From: Clostridia bacterium
GTDB lineage: Bacteria > Bacillota > Clostridia > Oscillospirales > CAG-382
Direction: 5' to 3'
DNA length: 64,000 nucleotides
Assembly (NCBI GenBank): GCA_017620655.1
Contig: JAGAUT010000087.1
Coordinates: forward strand, 2,384-66,383
Part shown: one piece after another, positions 18,257 to 26,854 of the stretch
Numbering within the stretch: the first letter of the stretch is position 1
Layout: the number at the start of each line of letters is the position of its first letter
Notes under the pieces: generated by a model
Seen by the model: only the letters and a program-made list of their open reading frames with translations
What the model was told of the DNA's origin: nothing
Database searches by the model: none
Made by a program: the position numbers and the translations under genes

Positions 18257-18268
18257 AAAATCTCTCCA

Positions 18269-19528
18269 CTAGCTTCTCATATTGAGTCTGTCAAAATCCG
18301 AGAAGAATGTTGTATAGGATTTTTCAACCGCCTGTGCGCCCTCGATTATAACCTGATTTTTACAAATAAGAGAGCATACGGCACTTGACATTACAATTCT
18401 ATGGTCATTATGACCGACAACCGTACCGCCGTCAAGTTTGCCTTTGCCTTCAATTTCAAGGCCGTCATCGGTAACGGTAACATCTGCACCGAGACGTGTC
18501 AGAAAATCGCGTGTTGTTTCAAGTCTGTCGCTTTCTTTAAGGCGAAGACGCTTTGCACCGTAAATTCTTGTCTTTCCTCTTGCGGCACAAGCAACAACCG
18601 ACAGCACCGGAACAAGGTCGGGAATGTTACTTGCATCTATTTCAACGCCGTGAAGTCTTCCTGCTTCAATAAGCAAGCCATCTTCGGTAACTATTTTCTT
18701 TGCACCGAATTTTTCAAGTATCTCAATGACCTTTCTGTCGCCCTGAGGACAGCTTTCATCAAGTCCCGAAAGCACAACATTTGCACCCAGTGCATCTGCA
18801 CAAAGCCAGAATGCGGCACTTGACCAGTCGCCCTGTGACCTAATTTCATGGGGTGATGTATAGTTCTGATTGGGAAGCACCTTGTAGCTGTTTTCGCTCT
18901 TTTCGATTTTTATGCCGAACTTTGTCATGGTATCAACCGTCATATCAACATAGCCTGCAGATTCAAGGGGTGTTGTGATTCTGACTTCACCGCCTTCAGG
19001 GAAAAGCGGAAGCATGAGAAGAAGTCCGCTGATATACTGACTGCTGATATTGCCGGGAATTTCATATACATCGCCGCGTTTTACGTTTGTTGAAACAGTA
19101 ATCGGCAGTTTATCCGACGAGAAAACAGCACCGCCCATCTTCAGACTTTCGCAAAGCGGTGAAAATGGTCTTTCGGGAAGTCTTCCGCTGCCCACAAGCG
19201 TTACATTCTTACATATTGCCGCAGCAATCGGCAGAAGAAATCGTGCTGTTGAGCCGCTTTCGGCGCAGTCAAGAGTAAGACCCTGCATTATCATTGATTT
19301 ATCGCAAGGGATAACCGTTATACAGCCGTCAAGAAACTCAGCCTTTGCACCGAGCATTTTTACACACTCAACAGTTGTGATAATATCCTTTGAAAGACCT
19401 GTAAATCTTATCTTTGTTGGTTTATCTGAAAGAGCCGCACAGATAATACATCTGTGTATATCGGATTTTGATGAAATTATATCCAATGTCCCCGAAAGCA
19501 CTGTTTTGGGGTCGAGGGTTACTGTCAT
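18269..19528 (-). CDS. aroA: 3-phosphoshikimate 1-carboxyvinyltransferase (EPSP synthase)
   Basis: SKSDIHR, ESGSTARFLLP, LKESDRL and DHRIVMS motifs. Confidence 0.9.
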   Translation of the reverse strand: MTVTLDPKTVLSGTLDIISSKSDIHRCIICAALSDKPTKIRFTGLSKDIITTVECVKMLGAKAEFLDGCITVIPCDKSMIMQGLTLDCAESGSTARFLLPIAAAICKNVTLVGSGRLPERPFSPLCESLKMGGAVFSSDKLPITVSTNVKRGDVYEIPGNISSQYISGLLLMLPLFPEGGEVRITTPLESAGYVDMTVDTMTKFGIKIEKSENSYKVLPNQNYTSPHEIRSQGDWSSAAFWLCADALGANVVLSGLDESCPQGDRKVIEILEKFGAKKIVTEDGLLIEAGRLHGVEIDASNIPDLVPVLSVVACAARGKTRIYGAKRLRLKESDRLETTRDFLTRLGADVTVTDDGLEIEGKGKLDGGTVVGHNDHRIVMSSAVCSLICKNQVIIEGAQAVEKSYTTFFSDFDRLNMRS

Positions 19529-19547
19529 TATTTTCAGTCCTTTTTAT

Positions 19548-20603
19548 TTATAACGCTTGAGAAAAAATTTCCTTTAAGTCTTCGACATTCACATCGTAAA
19601 GAATACACTTACCGATTTTTTCGGGAAGCACAAGAGTAAGTTTTCCTCCGCCGCGTTTTTTATCAGAAAGTGCCGCATCACAGAGCTGTTCGGGTGTGAT
19701 GTCGTACTTTATCGGAAGATTGTATTTTGTAAGCATATTTTCGACTTCTTTATATGTCCCTTTTTCGCATATTCCGAAGTTTTCTGCTATCTTTGTTGCA
19801 ATTACCGTACCTACCGCAACTGCCTGTCCGTGGGTAAGAGAATATGCGCTTACCTTTTCAATGCCGTGTGCCGCCGTATGACCGAGATTCAACAGCTTTC
19901 TTTCGCCGTTATCAAACTCATCCTTTTCAACTACATCACGTTTGAAAATCACGCACTTTTCAACAATTTCATTTATATCGTTTTCATCCTGCATAAGCTT
20001 GTCGCAGAACGCTTTTTCAAAAAGAATACCGTATTTTATTACCTCTGCATATCCGCACGCCACTTCTTTTTCGGGAAGAGTTTTGAATGTGTCAGTATCG
20101 CAGATAACGGCTATCGGCTGATAGAAAGCACCTGCAAGGTTTTTACCTGCTCTTAAATCTATTGCCGTCTTACCGCCGACCGAAGAATCCACCGCCGCAA
20201 GAAGGGTTGTGGGAATCTGAACAAAGTCAATACCCCTGAGGTAGCAGGATGCCGCAAAGCCTGTAATATCACCCACAACTCCGCCGCCGAGTGCTACAAG
20301 AAGGTCGCTTCGTGTAATCTTTTCGGATGCAAGAAATTCCAGAATATCAATAAAGGTTCCAGCACACTTTGACGTTTCACCTGCCGGGAAAACGTATTTA
20401 TCGGCAGGATAGCCTGCTTTTATCAAAGATTCCATTACAGTATCGGTATAAAGCTCATCGACGTTTGAATCGGTGACTATTACTGCACGGCAAGGCTTCT
20501 TGATTTTGTTCAGCATCTCGCCGACATTTTTAAGAACACCTGTGCCTATTGTAATATCATAGCTTCCCGATGCCTTTACGGATACGGTTTTTATATTGTT
20601 CAT
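19548..20603 (-). CDS. aroB: 3-dehydroquinate synthase
   Basis: GGGVVGDITGFAA, DSSVGGKT and HTAAHGIE motifs. The ATG at 20603 (MNNIKTV) has the AAAGGTG RBS. The longer track ORF (to 20720) overlaps the end of tyrA and is rejected. Confidence 0.9.
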   Translation of the reverse strand: MNNIKTVSVKASGSYDITIGTGVLKNVGEMLNKIKKPCRAVIVTDSNVDELYTDTVMESLIKAGYPADKYVFPAGETSKCAGTFIDILEFLASEKITRSDLLVALGGGVVGDITGFAASCYLRGIDFVQIPTTLLAAVDSSVGGKTAIDLRAGKNLAGAFYQPIAVICDTDTFKTLPEKEVACGYAEVIKYGILFEKAFCDKLMQDENDINEIVEKCVIFKRDVVEKDEFDNGERKLLNLGHTAAHGIEKVSAYSLTHGQAVAVGTVIATKIAENFGICEKGTYKEVENMLTKYNLPIKYDITPEQLCDAALSDKKRGGGKLTLVLPEKIGKCILYDVNVEDLKEIFSQAL

Positions 20604-20622
20604 GAAAAACACCTTTCTGTGT

Positions 20623-21480
20623 TTATTTGCGGCGTACTCTTCCCTGTTCAACAGAAGTCCAGGAGGCAATACGTTTCTGCTTACCGTCGGTAAGAAGTGC
20701 CATGAGAGCGTCTCTGTCACCTATGGAAATTGCCTCATAATATTCTGTAAGGTTATCTATAAGCACCTTGAGTTCTCCAAGCAGGAAGTCCTTGTTCTGC
20801 AGGAAAAGCTCAGACCACATATTTTCATTGAGGTACGCAACTCTTGTCATGTCCTTGAACGAGCCCGCCGAAAAGCCTAAATTCTGCAAAGATGTAGGGC
20901 TCTTTACATATGCACTTGATGCAATATGTGCAAGCTGGGAGGTATATGCAATAATCTTATCGTGTTCTTCGGCTGTAGTAACCGTAATTCTGTAGAAGCC
21001 GAGAGAGATAAAGAACATTTTTGCATAGTCAAGAGTTCTTGCATCTATATCTTCATCCGGTACCATAATCATAAATGCACCGTCAAAAAGGCTGTCTGTC
21101 GAGTAGTCATAGCCTGACTTTTCGATACCTGCCATTGGGTGTCCGCCGATAAAGGTAAAGCCGCTTTTCTTTGCAACCGGGAAAAGCTCTGTGCAAACCT
21201 TAGTCTTTGTACCGCCGCAGTCAATTACGATTGTATCTTTGAGATTATCTGCATTTTTCTTTACAAATTCAACTATATCGTCGGGATAAAGTGCAACAAC
21301 AACTATATCACATTTGTCAAGTGTTAAATCAAGCTCGCCGTCTATAGTGCCGTCAAGTCTTGCACTTTCCATCACCTTATCGCTCATGTCATATCCGAGA
21401 ACAATAAAATCCGTATGCTTTCTTATTGTTTTTGCTATCGATGCACCGATAAGACCAAGTCCTACTACACCTACTGTCAT
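20623..21480 (-). CDS. tyrA: prephenate dehydrogenase
   Basis: N-terminal GxGxxG (VGLGLIGAS) and GGHPMAG motif. It is the first gene of the aromatic operon. Confidence 0.85.
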   Translation of the reverse strand: MTVGVVGLGLIGASIAKTIRKHTDFIVLGYDMSDKVMESARLDGTIDGELDLTLDKCDIVVVALYPDDIVEFVKKNADNLKDTIVIDCGGTKTKVCTELFPVAKKSGFTFIGGHPMAGIEKSGYDYSTDSLFDGAFMIMVPDEDIDARTLDYAKMFFISLGFYRITVTTAEEHDKIIAYTSQLAHIASSAYVKSPTSLQNLGFSAGSFKDMTRVAYLNENMWSELFLQNKDFLLGELKVLIDNLTEYYEAISIGDRDALMALLTDGKQKRIASWTSVEQGRVRRK

Positions 21481-21525
21481 ATTATAACACCTCTTGCATT
21501 AATTTTCAACAAATATATATTAAAT

Positions 21526-21554
21526 AAAAAATCCGCAGCGTTTTTTCACTGCGG
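21526..21554 (-). terminator. leader (attenuator) terminator upstream of tyrA
   Basis: Minus-strand RNA CCGCAGUG-AAAAAA-CGCUGCGG (8 bp including one G-U), followed by AUUUUUUAUUU. It lies 46 nt upstream of the tyrA ATG and downstream of the promoter. Confidence 0.7.
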
Positions 21555-21588
21555 TCTTCTGTTTACATATGCAAAAACAAACCCGAAC

Positions 21589-21675
21589 TTATGCACAGCA
21601 ACAAAAGACCTTATCACAATAACCGATAAAGCCATAATAAAAATAAAACTGTGTATACATGTTGGTTGTCTTCAT
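21589..21675 (-). CDS. candidate aromatic-operon leader peptide (28 aa, Tyr/Phe-rich)
   Basis: ATG at 21675 has GGAG 7 nt upstream. Peptide MKTTNMYTQFYFYYGFIGYCDKVFCCCA with stop TAA 21591-21589. It is too short for the ORF track. Confidence 0.5.
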   Translation of the reverse strand: MKTTNMYTQFYFYYGFIGYCDKVFCCCA

Positions 21676-21704
21676 TTTTTCTCTCCGAAAATACATTTTT
21701 TGAT

Positions 21705-21733
21705 ATTATACTACCGCCGTCATTTCATGTCAA
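21705..21733 (-). promoter_or_regulatory. consensus sigma-A promoter of the aromatic operon
   Basis: Minus strand: TTGACA (21733-21728), 17-nt spacer, TATAAT (21710-21705). Confidence 0.7.
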
Positions 21734-21815
21734 GAATTTATACAAAAGTTAATATTTTTTTAACCTGTGTTCTTATTTTGAGCTTTTATTCACACTACGG
21801 CAACATTTTTGAGCA

Positions 21816-21843
21816 ACAAAAAGGACGGATTAAACCGCCCTTT
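21816..21843 (-). terminator. intrinsic terminator after the LtaS-family gene
   Basis: Minus-strand GGGCGG-UUUAAU-CCGUCC followed by UUUUU, 7 nt after the stop at 21850. Confidence 0.6.
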
Positions 21844-21849
21844 GTCAAG

Positions 21850-23769
21850 TCATTCAGCATTAAAATTTGTACCGGTGTAATATGCCGCACCCTTGAAGTC
21901 GCTGTATATTTCCGAAAGCTTTTCGGGCATTTCCTCTGTAAGATAAAAGTCGCCGTTTTTATCAATTATTCCGACTTCATTAAGGACGGGGATTTCCTTC
22001 ATGACAGTATCCGTATACTGCATATATGCACTTCCCTCATACCCGAGGCTGTCAAAAAGCACATTCATAAGGAAACAGGGGCTTGTCATGGGTCCCTCCC
22101 CGACAAAATCCTTGTCGAGAAGCTCCTTTGCCGCATCATTGGCTACTATCACATATTCTGTTCCGTAATAATTGAGGAAGCCTTCCTTTGTTGACACGTC
22201 AATGTTTATACCAAGTTCCTCATACACGCTGTTGCCGTCTCCCAGCCACGGTTTATGGTCGCCGAAAACTATTAAAACGCAAGGCTCTTCTCTTTGCTTG
22301 ATTTTCTCCACAAACTGCCAGAGTCTCCAGCCGGTATCCTTGATTGTGCCGAAATAGTTATTAAGAATACAGTCGGTTTCAGACGAAACATCCGCTCCGT
22401 GATACAAGGGATTTTCGTCGGTTCCCCAATATTTTCCCGTTGTTTCGTAGGGTGCATGCCCCTGATAGGTCACATGAAAACCGAAATACGGGTTTGTTTC
22501 AGTATCGACGTGAGAGACATAGTTTTCATAAAAGTCATCAAAAACAATACTGTCTGCACGCATCATATCACCGTACTTTTCGAGGAAGTAATTCTCTGCA
22601 AAGCGGTATTGCGAAAAACCGAGGTAACCGTTTGAGTTCTGTCTGTTATAGAACCAGTTTTCGGAAGGGTGGCTTCCGTCAACGGTATAGCCCTGAGAAG
22701 AAAAGAATCTTACATGGGAATTCACGTTTCTTCTGTAATCCTCGATATCGGGATATCCCGTAAGAAAGGCTCTTTCGGAATCAATTGTTCCTGCGGCAAA
22801 GATATTTGTCACAAGAGTACCCGAAAGATTCTCATCTTTCAGCATACGGTAAAGCTCATAAACGCTTTTGTCAATGCCTTCAATTCCGATATTTTCAAGA
22901 TCACAATACGCCTCAAGCATAACACCGATGACATTTACCCTTTTATCTTTATCGATTTTTCCGTCTTTATATTCCGACAAAAGCTCTTTTGACCTTTTTT
23001 CGTTATAGCCCTCGGGCTTTACATCAAGCACCTCGGCTATGCTGTGAACAAAGGGATACACAAAGCCTTTGGCAACATATTTCTGTGTCGGTGCCCATCT
23101 TATAACAACATCGTAATTATCGGTTTTCTTATCGTAGACATCCTTTCCGAGATAAACATCCGTAAGCATGAAGGATACTGTCAACACAAGTGTCACAGCA
23201 TACAGTCTTGAAGAAAAGCTTGGCACAAATCTCTGGAACAGGGCAAGCACAACCACAAAAAACAGGCATGCAAGTATTCCGCCAATCATTTCATCCGTCA
23301 GTTCGTACTTATAGCCCTCGGAGGAAATCTGAAGTGCTTCTCTGAAATAGAGAATATCCGAAAACATAAGCACATCGTCGCGGAACTTGAGAAGAAAGAA
23401 ATTTGCAAAGGTAAGTCCGAGTACAATTATGCTTTCGGCAAGATAGCAAATCCATCCCCTGCCGATAAGTGCATACAGCACAACAAAAAGTCCCAATACA
23501 GGAAGAAAGTTGAGAAGAAGAATAAGAGGATTCTCAAAATATCCGTCAAAAACCCTGTCGGAATATGCAGGCCCGTAGGCAACCGCAAGAGAGCTTACGC
23601 ACAGAGCAAAGGCTGCACAGATAACAAGAAAAGCATTGAAAATAAAATACACTGTTCTTTGTCCTGCAGAAAAACCCGCAGTGTTTTTTGACAAAAGCCA
23701 GAAGCTTTTCACATTCGACACAACGTCTTTTACTGAATTCAGCACTTTTCCGGCACTGTTTTTATTCAC
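21850..23769 (-). CDS. LTA synthase family (sulfatase/alkaline-phosphatase superfamily) membrane protein
   Basis: About 5 N-terminal TM helices and a C-terminal extracellular sulfatase-like domain (GVMLEAY, FAAGTIDSE, FGDHKPWLG). GTG at 23769 with AGGAG 7 nt upstream is preferred over the ATG at 23817. Confidence 0.75.
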   Translation of the reverse strand: MNKNSAGKVLNSVKDVVSNVKSFWLLSKNTAGFSAGQRTVYFIFNAFLVICAAFALCVSSLAVAYGPAYSDRVFDGYFENPLILLLNFLPVLGLFVVLYALIGRGWICYLAESIIVLGLTFANFFLLKFRDDVLMFSDILYFREALQISSEGYKYELTDEMIGGILACLFFVVVLALFQRFVPSFSSRLYAVTLVLTVSFMLTDVYLGKDVYDKKTDNYDVVIRWAPTQKYVAKGFVYPFVHSIAEVLDVKPEGYNEKRSKELLSEYKDGKIDKDKRVNVIGVMLEAYCDLENIGIEGIDKSVYELYRMLKDENLSGTLVTNIFAAGTIDSERAFLTGYPDIEDYRRNVNSHVRFFSSQGYTVDGSHPSENWFYNRQNSNGYLGFSQYRFAENYFLEKYGDMMRADSIVFDDFYENYVSHVDTETNPYFGFHVTYQGHAPYETTGKYWGTDENPLYHGADVSSETDCILNNYFGTIKDTGWRLWQFVEKIKQREEPCVLIVFGDHKPWLGDGNSVYEELGINIDVSTKEGFLNYYGTEYVIVANDAAKELLDKDFVGEGPMTSPCFLMNVLFDSLGYEGSAYMQYTDTVMKEIPVLNEVGIIDKNGDFYLTEEMPEKLSEIYSDFKGAAYYTGTNFNAE

Positions 23770-23904
23770 TCGTCCCACTCCTTTCCCAAAATAATTCAAA
23801 AAAATCAAAAAAAACAATATTTGGTATTGAAAAACACATCAAACTATATTATAATGAATAAAACAAAATTGTCAACATGACAAATCAAAAGGTGGTAGAA
23901 AATT

Positions 23905-24684
23905 ATGAAAATAGGTGCACAGCTTTATACTGTTACAAAGTTCTGTCAGACAACCGAGGACATCGCTGAAACTTTAAAGAAAGTTGCAGACATAGGATAC
24001 ACATCCGTTCAGCTTTCCGGTCTATGTGGTTATGAACCCGAATGGATGGCAGAGGAACTCAAGAAAAACGGTCTTGAAGCTCCCATCACTCACTTTGACA
24101 CAAACAAGGTTGCCGACAGCACAGAAGAGGTTATCGACTTCCACAAGAGACTTGGTACAAAGTATATAGGTATCGGCGGTATGCGCGGTCTCTGGGATCC
24201 CAAGTATAAGGAAACACCCATTGACTTCTGGGAAAAGTTTGCAAAAGATTATGTTCCCGCAGCGCAGAAAATCAAGGATGCAGGTCTTTATTTCATGTAT
24301 CATAACCACCACTATGAATTTATGGATGTTGAAGGAAGAATTCTCTACGATTATCTTCTCGAAAACTTCCCTGCTGATATCATGGGCTTTACAGCTGACC
24401 TTTACTGGTTCAAGGAAGCAGGCAAAGACCCTGTTGAAATGCTCAACGAATTAAAGGGCAGAACACCTGTTGTTCATTATAAAGATATGGCTATTATGCC
24501 CGACGGCGAGCACAGATATGCGCCTGTCGGCAGCGGTATTCTCGACTGGGATGCCATCATTGAGGTTTCCTTAAAGAACGGCATTGACTATGCAATGGTT
24601 GAACAGGACAACTGCTATGGCGAAGATCCTTTTGTTTGTCTCAAGAAGAGCTACGATTTCCTCACTTCCAAGGGTCTCAAGTAA
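23905..24684 (+). CDS. sugar phosphate isomerase/epimerase (xylose-isomerase-like TIM barrel)
   Basis: AP-endonuclease-2/XylA-like TIM pattern (YTSVQLSG, YHNHHYEF, VEQD). Confidence 0.75.
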   Translation: MKIGAQLYTVTKFCQTTEDIAETLKKVADIGYTSVQLSGLCGYEPEWMAEELKKNGLEAPITHFDTNKVADSTEEVIDFHKRLGTKYIGIGGMRGLWDPKYKETPIDFWEKFAKDYVPAAQKIKDAGLYFMYHNHHYEFMDVEGRILYDYLLENFPADIMGFTADLYWFKEAGKDPVEMLNELKGRTPVVHYKDMAIMPDGEHRYAPVGSGILDWDAIIEVSLKNGIDYAMVEQDNCYGEDPFVCLKKSYDFLTSKGLK

Positions 24685-24703
24685 TTACAAAACGGAAATA
24701 TTT

Positions 24704-24733
24704 AAGGCTTCGGCAATCGCCGAAGCCTTTTGC
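24704..24733. terminator. bidirectional terminator
   Basis: 11-bp stem AAGGCTTCGGC pairs with GCCGAAGCCTT, followed by TTT. It lies between convergent genes. Confidence 0.7.
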
Positions 24734-24734
24734 T

Positions 24735-25652
24735 TTACATATTGAGAAGCACAATTGCTACAACACCGCAGAAAATTGCCGCAATTTGTTTTAAAGAAAG
24801 TTTTTCTCTAAAGAAAACAACTGCAATTACACAGGTCAGTATCAACTGTCCCGCAGAAATCACGGGATAGAAAACAGAAACGTCAAGTTTATTGTTTGCA
24901 ACAACGGTATTCATAAGGTTATAAAGTCCGTTGCATATACCTCCGAGAGATGCAAGCGGAAGTGCAATTTTCAGGCTGTCAAGCATGAAGTTCTTTGTTT
25001 TACCATTCTCACAAGGAATCCTGATTTTTCCTTCGCGTAAAACAGCCGCTGCAAAGATGCCGGCAAATGCCATTGCGTACGCCATCACCATAAACACATC
25101 GTTACATGCAGATGCTGTTTCCTCACCGAGAGCAATACTGTGCAGCTTTATTGCCACCGGTGCAAGTCCTTCGCAGAAGAAGGATATTATCATGAGAATT
25201 ATCCATTTTGTTGACAAAAGTCGTTCGCCTTTTTCCGCCTTTTCGCCCATGAGCAGAAGTGCCGCCGCAAAAAGTACTATGCCGACAATCTTAAAAGCAT
25301 TTATAGGCTCACCCCATACGAGAAATCCCAGAACCGTGGGAATAATCAAGGCAAAGGAATGGATTGTTGTTGTAAGTGCAAGAGAACCGCAGCCGACAGC
25401 AAGAACATATGTAATTGTCGAGCCTGCATAGCATACCGCAAAAAACAGCGAGTACGGCAAGGACTGCATATTGAACTGAGACTTAGAAACGAGTGCAATT
25501 ATTCCGAAGAGAACAAAGGCGCACACAGCCGTTGCAAAGGTATATGTAATTTCAGCATTCGGGCGTTTATCGCCAAAACGCTTGATAAGAACACCTTGTG
25601 CCGTAAGTACAACAACAGACACTAGCGAAACAATCAAAAAAAGTAAATTCAT
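24735..25652 (-). CDS. DMT superfamily (EamA-like) transporter
   Basis: About 10 predicted TM helices in two EamA-like halves. Confidence 0.7.
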   Translation of the reverse strand: MNLLFLIVSLVSVVVLTAQGVLIKRFGDKRPNAEITYTFATAVCAFVLFGIIALVSKSQFNMQSLPYSLFFAVCYAGSTITYVLAVGCGSLALTTTIHSFALIIPTVLGFLVWGEPINAFKIVGIVLFAAALLLMGEKAEKGERLLSTKWIILMIISFFCEGLAPVAIKLHSIALGEETASACNDVFMVMAYAMAFAGIFAAAVLREGKIRIPCENGKTKNFMLDSLKIALPLASLGGICNGLYNLMNTVVANNKLDVSVFYPVISAGQLILTCVIAVVFFREKLSLKQIAAIFCGVVAIVLLNM

Positions 25653-25664
25653 AGCATCACCGTA

Positions 25665-25688
25665 TATTAAAAGTATGACGCAGCTTTT
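25665..25688 (-). terminator. intrinsic terminator after nahK
   Basis: Stem ATGACGCAGC pairs with GCTGCGTCAT with a 4-nt loop. Confidence 0.55.
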
Positions 25689-25713
25689 GCTGCGTCATTT
25701 GCGTTTATCAGAA

Positions 25714-26799
25714 TTATTTGCAGTACTTTGATACAATCGCTTCCATTTCAGCAGTCTTTGCTTCCATGTCTGCAACGAGCTTGAACTGAGTTCTCGCTCT
25801 GTCAATATTGTGATTTTCTCTGTGAATCTTGAAGTATGTATCACCGTTGAGGTGGTCTTCAAGGAATCTCATACCGCATTCAAATGTGAGAATCTTAACA
25901 CTGTTTACAAGATTCTTGATTTCGCCTTCAACGAGTGTTTCCTTCATTTCAGCCGCAAACCCCTTTGTAAATGCATCAAACATATCGAGGTCGAACCAGA
26001 TCTTATCGAGATCCTTTTCGTCTTCGGGACCGCTTGCAGCACCGAATCTCATTGCGTCGCCAAAGTCATAAAGTACAGAACCGGGCATTACTGTATCGAG
26101 GTCGATTACGCAAAGGCCCTTGCCTGTGGGAGCGTCAAAGAGAATGTTATTGAGCTTTGTGTCGTTATGGGTAACACGAAGCAGAATAGAGCCGTCTGCA
26201 AGACCGTTGTTAAGGATGTCTGCGAGGAATTCATGGTTCTTGACGAATTCGATTTCCTTTTCAACAGAAGCCTTTCTGCCTGCAACGTCATTTTCGATTG
26301 CACCCATGAGACGGTTATAGTAATTTCTTGTATCATGGAACTTGGGGATTGCTACAGAAAGTGTTTCTGCAGGGAAATCATCAAGCATATGATAGAACTT
26401 ACCGAGAGTTTCGGCAGCACTTGTCATCTGTTCTGTGCTCTGAGCCTTGTCTACGGAAAGATTGTTATCAATGAACTTATACATTCTGAAGAACTTACCG
26501 CTTTCAGTGATGAAATAAGGCTTTCCGTCAGAAGCATTGATAACAGTCATTGTTTCTCTTTCGGGGTCACCTCCGTTTGCAGCGATCTTCTTTTTGAGGT
26601 GTTCGGTAACATTTACGATGTTTTCCATTACACCTTCGGGGTTTTTGAAAATGTTGGTGTTGAGTCTCTGAAGAAGCATCTTCACACCGTTCTGGGACAC
26701 AACGTAAGTGTCGTTGATATGGCCGTTGCCGTATCTCTGAATTTCAATTTCTTCGATATCGAAATTTTCGATTACCGTTACAAGTTCCTTTGCGTTCAA
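25714..26799 (-). CDS. nahK: N-acetylhexosamine 1-kinase (NahK/LnpB-like, APH-fold kinase)
   Basis: Colinear with my recollection of Bifidobacterium NahK: GNGHINDTY, RVTHNDTKLNNILFD, IDLDTVMPGSVLYDFGDAMRFGA, ECGMRFLEDHLNGD. Confidence 0.8.
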   Translation of the reverse strand: MNAKELVTVIENFDIEEIEIQRYGNGHINDTYVVSQNGVKMLLQRLNTNIFKNPEGVMENIVNVTEHLKKKIAANGGDPERETMTVINASDGKPYFITESGKFFRMYKFIDNNLSVDKAQSTEQMTSAAETLGKFYHMLDDFPAETLSVAIPKFHDTRNYYNRLMGAIENDVAGRKASVEKEIEFVKNHEFLADILNNGLADGSILLRVTHNDTKLNNILFDAPTGKGLCVIDLDTVMPGSVLYDFGDAMRFGAASGPEDEKDLDKIWFDLDMFDAFTKGFAAEMKETLVEGEIKNLVNSVKILTFECGMRFLEDHLNGDTYFKIHRENHNIDRARTQFKLVADMEAKTAEMEAIVSKYCK

Positions 26800-26854
26800 G
26801 ATTAAATCCTCCTAATTGCAAATAATATATTGAACCTTCGCTGTTATTAACAAT

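Noticed and set aside
20604-20720. The N-terminal 39-codon extension of aroB given by the ORF track.
   Set aside because: It overlaps the 3' end of tyrA, lacks an RBS and has no similarity to AroB N-termini. The ATG at 20603 has an AAAGGTG RBS and gives the typical start.
21481-21849. T-box riboswitch as the regulator of the aromatic operon.
   Set aside because: I could not find the conserved T-box sequence (GGTGGTACCGCG-like), nor AG-bulge/distal-loop stem I elements, on the minus strand. The region instead contains a translatable Tyr/Phe-rich mini-ORF with an SD.
25810-26805. A 331-aa ORF on the plus strand fully antisense to nahK. Similar long antisense ORFs are at 10304..11023, 21415..22194, 30618..31298, 33468..34160 and 39643..40143.
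   Set aside because: Their translations are Cys/Phe/His/Ile/Val-rich low-information sequence with no RBS and no recognisable motifs. The opposite strand encodes proteins with clear family motifs in every case. These are typical shadow ORFs caused by codon bias.
26800-26854. Apparent co-transcription of mreB with nahK, given the 55-nt gap and no hairpin.
   Set aside because: The absence of a visible terminator in a short AT-rich spacer is weak evidence. A promoter-like sequence could be present, and I cannot evaluate it reliably without expression data.
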